Assembly: GCA_033442325.1 (NCBI GenBank) | Contig: JAWQFM010000021.1 | Location: forward strand, 344,040-408,039 | Length of the DNA stretch: 64,000 nucleotides | Origin: Salpingoeca rosetta | Taxonomy: Eukaryota > Protista > Choanoflagellata | Direction: 5' to 3' | Shown here: piece by piece, positions 47,520 to 64,000 of the stretch | Numbering within the stretch: position 1 is the stretch's first letter | Layout of the letters: each line of letters begins with the position of its first letter | The notes under the pieces: model-generated | What the model was told of the DNA's origin: nothing | Seen by the model: only the letters and a program-made list of their open reading frames with translations | The model's database searches: none | Translations under genes and position numbers: made by a program

Positions 47520-47887
47520 TTAGAGCGGCATCGTGCTTGCGTGCAGCCACTCCATGACCTCCACCCTGATGAAGCGCGAATCCACAAGCAGACAATACAA
47601 GCGGTTTGCGTGAGAAGTCACGACCAATTCGACAAAAACAGAAGTGAGTGAGAGAGTGTGTGTGAGCGAGTGTGCATGTGTGCATGTGTGCGTGTGTGTG
47701 TGTCAACTGCAAGGGGTTGTTAACTTTGAGACTCACAGGCCGCGCTCCTGAAGTTGCTGTCCAATGACTTGGCGACACCTGCAGTGGCGAAATGAAGCAA
47801 AGAAATACGCGGATTAGTGTGAACGAAACCTCACACCGGCACACATGGCAGGAAGACGCGCACACCTGCACACCCGCACACACACAT

Positions 47888-47931
<44 letters not shown>

Positions 47932-49286
47932 ACACACACACACACGCACGTGCAACCAACGCACTGTCGTGATAGTCGTTGATCCACTTGATGTCTTCTG
48001 CTGTGAGCAAATCACGATCAATCATCTTCGCCTGTGCACATGTAATCGCAACAACGACCACAGAATATGCGTATGGAAGAGGAGGAGGTGGTGGGTGATG
48101 ATGGATGGCGTTCAAAAGATGGCATCACAGTGACGCACCATCCACTCCTGTTGTAGCTGTGCGTTCCCACACGCTCCACATGCACCACTGTCACAAGAAA
48201 CAGCCACCGCCACCACCACCACCACCACCACCACCACCACCACCACCAAATGCTTGGTGTCTGACGGACCTGGATGGGGACGAGCGTGACAGCTTCAAAC
48301 TGCAGGAATCCGCTCTGCTCCAGCGACGGCGCCACAATCTCCACATTCTCAATGCGAATGCCAAAGTCGTTTTCTTGGTAGTAACCGGGCTCAATCGTCA
48401 CCACATTGCCTGCATGCAAGCCCTCATGCGTGGCTACACGGTGTGTGTGTGTGTGTGTGTATGTGTGTGTGTGTGTGTGTGAGTGAGTGTAGTTATCACC
48501 AATTAACACCAATCATGCGTTCAGCTAGAATCACTCAGCAGACGACAGCCGATGTTGAGAGCGCAGTGCGCACCTGCTCCTTTTTTGAAGGAGAGCAGCA
48601 TCGGCCCTTCGTGCACGTTGAGGAACGAGCCGACGCCGTGGCCAGTGCCATGCGTGTATGTCAGGCCAAACTGCCTGAAGCGTGCGAGCGCACACGGGTG
48701 GGGTGGCGATGCAAAAGAACACAACAAACAAGTCGTCAGGATCGAAGTGCATGGAACAGAAGTGCAAACGCGGAGACACGCGAGCATGCGATGTGTGTGT
48801 GTGTATGTGTGTATGTACGTGTGTATGCGCGTGTGTGTGATTGCGGACCAGATTGGGGCGCGAGCGAGAGCGTCAAGCGTGCGACCGTCAGTTCCTAAAT
48901 CAAAACAAAGAACAGCACATCATGGAGTCAACAGCAGCGGCAACAGCACGAACACAATGCAACACACACACACACACACATGCAAACACAAACACACCCA
49001 CCGACACACCGACACACACACACACACATGCAAACACACACACACACACAAACACGCAGCTAAACATACAGACACACACCATTGTCCTGCACCGGTACTT
49101 TCCCCTCTCCGCTCCCCTCGTCCTGCACCCATCGACACCACGGCCACTGTGCATCACCATCAAACCTGTGGGGAAGATGGAGCGAGCCAGAGCAATGTGG
49201 CCCTTGAGAACAGCGGTGAAGGCACGCTTCTCCTCCGCCGTCGGCTCGCCAAAGTGCACCGTTCGCGTCACGTCCGTCGTACCGTC

Positions 49287-49383
<97 letters not shown>

Positions 49384-50356
49384 GCGTGAGTACATGTGTG
49401 AGTACATGTGTGTGCGTGTGTGTGAGTACATGTGTGTGTGTGTGTACATGTGTTGGTGGTGGACGCTTGTGTTGACAACGAGGCATACAGCTCAACTGTA
49501 GCTAGTAGCATATGTTTGTTGTGTTTGCCCACAAAAAATTGTGCAAAAACATCAAGCGCTTGGACGTACAAGTACTGGGCACCGCTGTCAAGGAGGTAGA
49601 CATGCTGGTTGTCGACGACTTTGCATGTCGACACATCTGCACGGAGCAGAGCAGCGTCGAGTGTGGGGCGAGAACATGCACACATCAGCACACGAGTCTG
49701 CCTGTCACAGCCATGTGCACATCGAAACAGCACGGCAGCCAGTGGCTGAGCAACATTCATTCACACGTTCCAGACAACAACACGTCACATCACATCACAT
49801 CACACGGCGTGACGACCTGGGGTGTAATGCGGCATTGCTGCGTTGCCGCCAACACTGGAGATGGAAGGGAAACTCAGACTGACGAAATCCTCCTCCTCGC
49901 TGGTATCACCACGACACGAAGTTATTGGCGGCGGCGGCGGCGGTTAGGTTGCATTGGTGTGAGTACCACTGGCGAACGTGACAATACGCATACACGGACT
50001 GGTCGGCACACATACAGATGGACAAACAGAGAGACAGGCAGACAGATGGACAGAACAGTACAGTGCAGTGCAGACACACACACACACACATACGCACGCA
50101 CGCACACACACACACGCACACACACATACACACATACATCCACGCACACACACGCACACACACATACATCGACGTACCGTCGAAACTCCTCGACTTTATC
50201 GGCAACAGTGATTTCCGTGAGCTTCATGCCCGACCCGCTGATGGTAAGATGAGTGGGTGGTTGATTGGTTCAACGGGGAATGGTGAGATAGCACAGTGTG
50301 GTCATGCGTATGTGTGTTGAGGTCCGCGTACAAAGACGGACGGGCCCGTACAGAAA

Positions 50357-50433
<77 letters not shown>

Positions 50434-51208
50434 GCACGCACACGCACACACACACACACGCACGCACACGCACACACACGCGCAGTCGGAGAAAGGAACA
50501 CACGATGCGCACCGCTGGCCGTCGAATTGCGCATCCATCCAGTGAAAAAAGCGACAAAGAGCAACACCATCGCGAATGTGACAGTTTCTGTTCAAAGAGC
50601 GGCGCACACGCAGAGAGAGAAGGGGGGGGGGGTTGAGGGTAAGGTGTTCCCACCGGCCAAAAGTGCACGCAAACAAACATGTTCACGATGTGTGTGTATG
50701 AGTAGTTATGCGTGTGTATGGCTGTGCCTGTGCCTGTACACGTTTGCGTTTGTCAATGGCAAACTTGTCTGTGTATGTGCGTGTGTATATAGGTGGTTAC
50801 CGCATGCCCTGCAACTCTGTGTCGTTCTTGATAGCCTTGAGCTCGTTTGTGGGCGTCATCTTCACGCACGCCTGACACAACGCGTGGAAAAGACAAATGG
50901 AAACAACAGAGACAGGACAGTTGTGTTGAGAACTGACAAGGTGTGGAACGTTCACACACAGGCGCACAAGCGCACACACACACGCGCGCGCGCGCGCAAG
51001 CACAACTGACACGTTGGCGCGAGTTAGCACCTTGTTGCGTGGGATGAGACGCCAGAGGGCCTCCGTGCACTTGTCACCAACCCAGATGTCGCCGTGCTCT
51101 GACAGTTTGCATAAACACGGGCTGGAAGGTTGAGAGCCAAGCGCACATCGATCGTGCAGCGCACTCACACGTTAATGGTGGTGGTGGCAAACGATGACAG
51201 CACTTGTG

Positions 51209-51301
<93 letters not shown>

Positions 51302-51954
51302 GCACGCGCGCAAAAGGTAGTGCTCAATAGCATAACAACACCTGTGAGGATGGGCGCTTGCGTGGCAATGTCATCAAAGAATGCGCCATAAGGTTTCACA
51401 GAGACGGAGGACCGCTGGAGGCGTGGAAGGACAGCGGGGGCAAACCTGTGCTCGTCCGTGTAGATGGTGACGGCGTCCTGCGTGACGAGTGCATAGGCCA
51501 GAAACACTGTGGACGACAATGACCAAAGATGCACGCCCGCATGGATCCAGGCAAAGTGGAAAAGGGAGATGTAGGGTATGGACTGCAGGTTAGAACAGCA
51601 ACGTTGGAAGTATCCACGCTGTGCAGCAGTGCGAGAGAAAGGACGGGGACACGCAGTCACATAGAGGCATGCAGAGACTCACAAAAACTCACAACCCATC
51701 ACGAATACGAATACGAATACACACACACACATAGACACACACACACACACACAGACAAACAAATCCATCACGAATACGAATACGAATACACGCGCACGCG
51801 AGCAAGAGGAAGCAAGCGCTGCGGACCTGGGGAGTACGGGACATCGCTGCCCCTGAGGTTGAAGAGCCAAGCAACTTCATCCAGCGCCGTGACGACGAGG
51901 GAGGAGCAGCCATTCGTCTGCAACACACCGCGCACAGCCGCCAGCTGTGGGCCG

Positions 51955-52025
<71 letters not shown>

Positions 52026-52930
52026 GAAGGAATGTGGATGGCAGGACGTGAGAACGTTCAAGGGCAACGCCCCAGCAGCGAAATGGAGCGGAGCCACGCT
52101 CTGCCAGCGGTCGTGTCTTGTGTATTAGTAAATTTATGCGCACGCGTGTGCGTGTGTGCGTGTATTTTCGCATTGTGATCGTAGTCATGTTCGTTGAATC
52201 AACATCGACAACGAACACCGCACCTTGTCATTCACAGTTTGCCCGGTGTACTTGTCATCCAGCGCAAAGATGTCACCTGAAACACAACAAGAACAACAAG
52301 GGCAGCAACACGCACGCCGGGTGTGAGTGGCAGGTGATGACGGCATGCATGGGAGCAGATGCGAGCACAGATGTGAACACACACCCACACCATCACACCA
52401 CACCACATGCAACCACACCACATGCAACCACACCACAACCAACCAAGCCGCCAAGCAACGAAGCAAACCAAACCCAAAGGAAACTGTCAACGCGAGCGAA
52501 CAGTAAGTGCAGCAGCGGCGCGCTGACCGGATGGGGCGGGCGGACGATCGCTGTCGCCCCAGAGCTCATCAACGGGGTTCTCCGACACAGGAACCAGTGC
52601 AACCTTTGCCTGCAAGCACCAGCCATGACAGCCATTGTCAACAAGAAGAACGTGAGCAGCTTGAAGTGGACGACGGTCAATGGAAGCAGTCACGCACGCG
52701 AGCAAGCGACAGCAGCGCCGCTCTGTCGATGACGCATGCACATGCAGCATCCAAATCACACAACAATAAACCGTGTTGTTGCATTGTGTGTTGTTGTTGC
52801 ATGGTTGTGCAGCTGTTGTGTTGTGTCGTTGTGCGTCGTCACCTTTGCCAATGCGCTGCGCATGGATTCAAATGCAGAGTGCTGCACGTGCCGTGGGTCA
52901 ATGCCAACCTGAACAGGCAAGTTGTCGAGG

Positions 52931-52963
<33 letters not shown>

Positions 52964-52979
52964 TGTGTGTGTGTGTGTG

Positions 52980-53033
<54 letters not shown>

Positions 53034-53288
53034 TGTGTGTGTGTGTGAGAGAGAGTGTGTGTGTGTAAGTATGCATGTAATTGGTAGTGCGGGTTGCCAG
53101 GCACCGTGGGTCCACCATCTCAACATTTTGACACGGAAGAATAGCATCAGCAGCTGCAGCGAAGAGGCACCTTGTCACCGGGCTTGAGCTCCTTTGTGAG
53201 AAACTCCTCCACACTGGGGCAGCCCTGAGACCCTGACGAAAAGGGAGGGAGAGAATGGGTTGAGCTTGCAGGGTCGCAACATGCACAA

Positions 53289-53362
<74 letters not shown>

Positions 53363-54258
53363 CACAAACACAGACGGGCACCTCCCAACACACACCAGTT
53401 TTCATGAGCGTCCACTGGCTCGTGTCCAGTTGCTGTTGTGCTTGAACCCAGTAACGACCGTCCGTCCACATTGCTGCCTTTGTCTCCGTGACAACGGCTT
53501 CCCCTTGTGTGAGTGGTTGCAAAAAGAAAAGGCGAGAGAGAGAGAGAGAGAGTGTGTGTGTGTGTGTGTGTTTGTGTGTGAGTGCGTGTGTGAGTGCGTA
53601 TGCGTACGTGTGTGTGTTTGTGTGAGGCAGAGATAAGCGTGTGCAAAGGGGAATGTTGACTGCGTGTCGATAACAGGCAGCAAGCAACAGAGATGATCAG
53701 ACAATGAACGCATGCGCATGCATCACACGGACCAGCAGAACCCGTGAAGCCAGTGGCAAATTGTCGTCGACGAGCAAACTCGGGCGGGTACTCATTCTAA
53801 GTGAGTGAGTGATGAGTGAGTGAGTGAGTGAGTGGGCGAGTGAGCGAGTGAGTGAGTGAGTGAGTGAGTGGGCGAGTGAGTGAGTGAGTGAGTGAGTGGG
53901 CGAGTGAGTGTGAGTGAGTGAGTGTGAGTGAGTGAGTGTGCGAGTGAGTGAGTGAGTGAGTGTGGTGTACACAGCAATACCCAAACAAGGAGGACAAATG
54001 AGCCAGCAACTACGCACACACATACACACACAGACAAACACACATACACACACACACACACAGACACAGACATACACACACAGACACACACAGACACAGA
54101 CACACACACACACACACGCGCAACACGCACAATACCTGGTGTTCATCTGCGCTGGGGATGTAGAAGGCATTGAGCCCTACACCACCACCACCACCACCAC
54201 TATCGGCATCATTACCACTGCCGTCCTTCAGCAGTTGTCGAAACGTCGACAGGTCCAT
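47520..54258 (-). CDS. XPNPEP1: Xaa-Pro aminopeptidase 1 (peptidase M24B)
   Basis: [91 protein letters not shown] and terminal [10 protein letters not shown] (TAA at 47520-47522). An alternative in-frame ATG lies at 54309. Confidence 0.95.
53800..53962. repeat. (GAGT)n microsatellite, intronic in XPNPEP1
   Basis: Visible directly; on the sense strand it reads (ACTC)n and abuts the acceptor. Confidence 0.9.
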
Positions 54259-54309
54259 CTTGTGCAATTTTTTCAATTCAAGGGGCCAGGCAGCCGTCGC
54301 GGACAGCAT

Positions 54310-55060
54310 AAAAATGGAAATTACTGACGAAATGAGTGGCTGACGAATGTTTGAGCAAAATTTGCGCAAACAATCCGTTGTTGCTTGCATGCACCAAGCG
54401 TCCGTTTGTTTTCGCTTGTTGCTGTTGTTGTTGTTGTTGTGCAGCACTTCTGCTCACAATGGAAATACCGTTGTGGGACCTTCGCTGGCGCATCGCAGCC
54501 TCGTTCGCAGGGCTCCACCCGTGAGAATTGTCAAGGACCCAACCCGAACGTGGCGAAAATCTCGTCAGGTCAACCGAAATGCGATGGCAAACTTTGTAAC
54601 GGTTGTCGCCCACGCGCGCACACACCCGCTCGCTCCTCATCAGTCAAAACACACGCCGCAGCAACAGACCATTGTTGTGCACGAGCCAGTGTGCAAGCGC
54701 GAGGTCTCGCTCACTCAGTTTTTCTTTTGTTGCTGTGTGCTTTGCGCGCGTGGTGCAAGTTTTTTTGTTTCTCCCGCTGCCTGTGCTGGCTGGCTGTGCG
54801 TTGCATCTTTCATTCACTCGCTCTTGCTTCGTGTTGTGTCTATCAGCACCTGCTCTGTCGCACCTTCTTGGTTGGTTGTTGCGCCAAGCCACATCCCCAC
54901 CCTACCCAATCAGACTTTCATTCATCCCACCACACGCCTTGCTCCAAAACAGCGTGCCTTGCTTCTCCTCCTCCCGCTTGTTCCCGCTTCTTTCTTTACA
55001 CGGTTGACTATCACCTCCCGTCTCCATCTCCATCACCGAGCGAGCTTCAAAACCGCAACC
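54310..55060. promoter_or_regulatory. Divergent intergenic region between XPNPEP1 and the mucin-like gene
   Basis: Head-to-head gene arrangement; the region is free of long microsatellites. Confidence 0.35.
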
Positions 55061-59252
<4,192 letters not shown>

Positions 59253-59960
59253 AGGAAATGCCATTCAACTGACTGAGAACCAAACGCACAAGACAGGAAC
59301 TTCCCATAAATGACGGCATCCAAAAACGTGCCCGTGTGCGTGTGTGCGTGCGTGCATGCGTGCGTGCATGCGTGCGTGTGTTTGTACCTTTCACAAACAC
59401 AACAATTGTTTTCGTGAGTTTGGTTGTGTACAACAAATGATGATGTGCTTCTAGTCAATGACACACTGCACCGTGTCCTTTCACGTTGCTCCATGGTCTG
59501 CTGTTTTGTTTCTTCTGCTTTTTGATTGCTTGTTTTTCTTGTTCTTGTCTGCTTCACGTCTTGTATCCGCTTGCTTTGCGTCATCAGAAAAAGCAACACT
59601 ACCACTGTATCGCTTTGTGTTGGCTTTCTGCATTTGCTGGCTGCTTGTCTTGTGCCTTGTTCGCTTGTCCAACACAATGCAGGTCCAATGGCCTGCATAA
59701 TCTCTTCTCCCGCCTCTCGCTTGATGCCAAGCATCTAATCTTTTGTTCTGCTGTGCTGTGCTTGTGATCCACTTGAGTCGCCCGATGTGTGCTTGTGTTT
59801 CTGTTCTCATCGTTGATGTGGTTATCTGTTCACATCACATCAAGTAAATCCATGCAAACTACAACGTTGGTTGGGTCATTTATGGACTGGACAAGCGAAT
59901 CGTGCTTGCACGCAAGAACAAACAAGACTATGTAGACAGACAGACTGGATAGACAGACAC

Positions 59961-60050
<90 letters not shown>

Positions 60051-60055
60051 CGCCA

Positions 60056-60143
60056 CTACGATGGGGACTTTGGCGGGACACTGGGCAGGCTGCGTCGGCT
60101 GCGCTGGCGTTGTGGTGGTGGCTGCAACTGCTGGTGGACGTGT

Positions 60144-60175
<32 letters not shown>

Positions 60176-60673
60176 TCCCCTGCCCAGTGCAGTGCTCGAA
60201 CCACCACGACTGCCAGGTGGACTGAAGGTGAACGAGGAGCCCGACAAGGAACGCGCACCGGCGCGACCTGTCGTGTCTGTTCGTGTGGGTGACACCGGTG
60301 GCGTTGGCATGCGCCGCCCCTGACTGCTTGGCCGAGGTGAGGTGGAAGCAGAGCGGCTGATGGCAGCAGTGACCGTGGGAAGGCGGCGTGACGGCGAACG
60401 CGACGTGGTTGCGGCGGGTGCAGGGGAAATGGTGATGGTGGGCGTTGTGTCGCCACGATGGTGTGATGATCGTGATGGTGTCGTGTTGGGCGTGGACGTG
60501 TTGAGGATGGAAGCAGGTGTTGATGCCGGCGATACTGCTGGTGCAACTGCTTGTTGTGATGTTGCTGCTCTTGGTGTGGGCGACACCATAGCTGTTGCTG
60601 AGGGCGTGGGTACAACTGCACCAACGACAATTGGTGGCGGGCGCTGCCGCTGCTGCTGCATTTGTTGTTGTTG

Positions 60674-60721
<48 letters not shown>

Positions 60722-61442
60722 CTGCTGCTGTTGTTGTTGCTTCTTCTTGCGTGCACGGCGCGGTGGCGCAACAGGCGTTGGCTGTTTCGACGTCAGCAAT
60801 TCATCGTTACGACCAGCACCCTCATCATCATTGCCACGTGCAGCACCATTTCGAAGGTGCAGGTCTGATGGCGAGGGCGGTGGCGTTGCTGTCGCGTGCG
60901 CACGTACATCACCGCCTTCCCCACGCGTCGCTGGCAGTGTTTTGATTTTGGTGGGCGGCGTTGTTGCTCGCTGCTCTCGAGAGACAGGGTGTGATGGTGG
61001 TGATGTGCGTTGGGTTGTCCTGCTCGCTGCAACTGACACATCCACAGGCACATCCACGTCACTCTGGGTGTCGTTTCGTGTCACAGAAACACGCCGCGCG
61101 CCCCCACCAGCCTCGAAGTCAACGCCACAATCATCATCATGATCACCATCATCATCAACATCATCAACAACATCATCATCATCGTCATCATCATACTCGG
61201 CACCAGCACTGTCGTCACGCTCGTACTCATCATGGTGTCTGTCTGCTCCCTCGTGCCCGCTGCTGCGGCTGTCACCGCCGCTGTTGCTGCTGCCGCTACT
61301 CCCAGCAACAGACACGGTGCTCGTGGCATCATCACGCGCGCGGTCCATATCGCTGTTTGTTGGCGATGTCCGCCCACGCGAGCGCCCGAACCGCTTGAAA
61401 ATGCCCTGAGACGGAAAGGTAGACGAGGGGACAGGGCATGCG

Positions 61443-61483
<41 letters not shown>

Positions 61484-62845
61484 TGAGTGAGTGAGTGAGT
61501 GAGTGTGTGTGTGTGGGGGGGGGGGTGTGCGTGTGTGTTTTGCATGGCAAAGGGCACACGCGTCAGCGTAAGCCAAACATGCGCCAAGGGAGACGCTGTA
61601 GAGCCTCATGGGTTAATGGCCCTGCCAAGAGTTATGGCAATGGCAGCGGTTACGGTGCACTCACCCTCAGGCCTCGTTTGCGAGACGAGCTGTATTTTTC
61701 ATCTGTCAGGATGAATAAATGAGGTGCAAGAAACGTGACACGTGGGTGAGCTGGCGACGCGGCAAAGAGGCGAGCAAACACGAAACAAAGTGCCGCGGCA
61801 CTACAAGGCATGCCATGGGCCATGCATGTATCACCCACCTGCAGTGGCGTGTTTCCCCAGCAGCCGCACTCGCCGAGATTCTAAACACACGGACAGATAC
61901 AGAGACAGAAGCACAGAAACAGAGAGAGAAATACAGAAAAAGAGAGAGAGAGAGAAACAGACGGACAGACACACAGAAAGAAACAAAGACAGACATGCAC
62001 AAGCACCGGTACGAAAACGCTAGCGGTGAGCAACAAGTCGATGTCAAACATCGAGTTCACCGTCCAGACGAGGGCACAGGCATCGCGAAGGCGGATTTCG
62101 TGTTGCCCATCCAAACCTTTGCTCAGGTGTTTGGCTGATTGCGCGGGAACACTCGGCGCCTTGTCTTCATCGGAGCGGAAAAATGACACCTTGTGTGTCA
62201 CAGCCTGAAACCACAGCACACCAACGATTCAAATAACGAAAGCAAGTGGTCACGTTTCGGGCACGCATGGTGAAGAATTCACACCACACCACAGCACATT
62301 CGAGCCTGTGGACACGGAAGGTGACACGTGTGTTGACACACGCGGGTCCAAGCGGGCACAGTTGACCATGCATGGTGCTAGCACACCACATCTGAAATGT
62401 ATGCGTGTGTCATTCTTACTTGTTGCAGGACGGTTGCTGCTGCTTCTCGCTTGATTCTGTTCCATAGATCTTGGAAAGACATGTTCTCACTGGGGTATAC
62501 ACAGTGGTGCGTGTGGGAATGCATGGATGTGAGCGCACACGCGTGTACATGTGCATGCAAGTGTGTGTGTGTGTGTTGCGCAGAGAGAACACATGTGCTA
62601 ATGCTGTAGTCCAAGCAGCATTCTTCCGCCATATCGTATGCACACACACATATACACTGACTTGTGGATTTCGATGTTTGGGAGTGTGAGCAGCATCTTG
62701 TGGATTGCTGTTAAGGAGCCTTCGGCCTTGTAACTCACGCACACCTGCCACATGCGAGCGCGCATGAGATCGACGCAGGGCAAAGTGGACCTACACAGAC
62801 AAACAGACAGACAAACAGACACACAGACAGGCAGACAGACAGACA

Positions 62846-62880
<35 letters not shown>

Positions 62881-63828
62881 CAAAATCATAGCGTTACCTG
62901 TGTGCAGGGCACTTTGACGAAATAGAAGATCCTGTTTGATTCGGCGCGATACTTCATCTCGAGCAGATCGTGCACAGGAACAGAGCCCAACCTGTGGACC
63001 ACGAGAAACGCATGCGGTGAGGGAAGCGCGTAGCAAATTCACTTCACACACACACACACACAAGCAGGTGCACACACAAGCAGGGACACACAGACACAGA
63101 CACACACACAGACACAGACCCGCACACACACACACTACAAACACACACGCATAGACACAGACAGACACACACACAGACACACTACAAACACACACATAGA
63201 CACACAGACACACAGACAGACACAGACACACAGACACACAGACACACAGACACACAGACACACAGACACACGTACGCAGCCATGCTTGCTGCCTCTGATA
63301 CGGCGCTTGCAAGCCGCTGGTGGGCAGATGCGAGCGACATCCCGGACGCTGTTGTTGCAATCGATGAACGGCTCGGTGGCTCCTCCTCTGTGCATGCGAA
63401 CGTGTATGTTTGAACGATATGCGTGAGCGGACGAGGCAGCACAAAACACGCCACAGAGTGTAACGGCACAAAGACGATTCACCACTGGCAGATGCTGCGG
63501 TGCCCAGTCCGTGCATGAGTTTGCGGCTTCACCTATCACAATCACAATCACTACAACCGCGACGACGACCACCACGAGCAGCACCTGGCGTTGATGGGAA
63601 GTAGAACTCCTCGATGCGTTTCGCCAAACTGGATGATCGTGGAGGAAGGTGTACGGTCAATCAGATCGGCCACAGCAGTTAAGTAGCAAATTACACGAGA
63701 GGCAGTGGTCGTGTGACATCAAGCGAAAGAAGACACAGACACACGCACACAGACACAGACACGCAGACACAGACACAGACACAGACACAGACACAGACAC
63801 AGACACACACACACACACACACACACAC

Positions 63829-63899
<71 letters not shown>

Positions 63900-64000
63900 G
63901 AGACGACACTCACTTGTGCGAGACCTGCAGGGAGGCTGGGGCGCAGTTGATTTCGACGTGTTGCATGACCTTCATACCGGCTACGGGCGGCTGCAGCTGC
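60056..64000 (-). CDS. Multi-exon gene(s) of unknown function; last large exon encodes an acidic, polyQ, Ser/Pro-rich disordered region; 5' end lies outside the window
   Basis: Short GT-AG-bounded exons at about 63914-64000, 63587-63629, 62898-62991, 62662-62744, 62420-62488, 62027-62204, 61839-61880 and 61665-61702. The open exon 61405-60056 contains a polyQ run of about 26 residues. The phase linking the two parts is ambiguous, so this could be two genes. Confidence 0.5.

Overview
Eukaryotic, gene-dense, intron-rich DNA with (GT)n/(CA)n microsatellites in most introns and four N gaps. The style and gene content suggest a choanoflagellate, probably Salpingoeca rosetta (inference). Manual splicing gives about 13 genes in this order: the 3' end of an ABCB-type transporter; MCCC2; an ADAM10/17-type metalloprotease whose cytoplasmic tail ends in an SH2 domain; a small NBR1-FW-like protein; a large VWD-EGF-IPT-cadherin-EGF-TM-SH2 receptor; an intron-containing bacterial-type PEP synthase (3' part missing); ATG4; a Na+/K+-ATPase alpha subunit; an iRhom-like pseudoprotease (GANP in place of GASG); a JmjC hydroxylase; XPNPEP1; a secreted poly-Thr mucin-like protein; and a partial unknown gene with a polyQ/Pro-rich tail. 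The main highlight is a possible pre-metazoan ectodomain-shedding and phosphotyrosine module (ADAM-SH2, cadherin-SH2 and iRhom within about 37 kb). A second pattern is polarised intron microsatellites, with GU after donors and CA before acceptors. Most ORFs in the supplied track are microsatellite artefacts.
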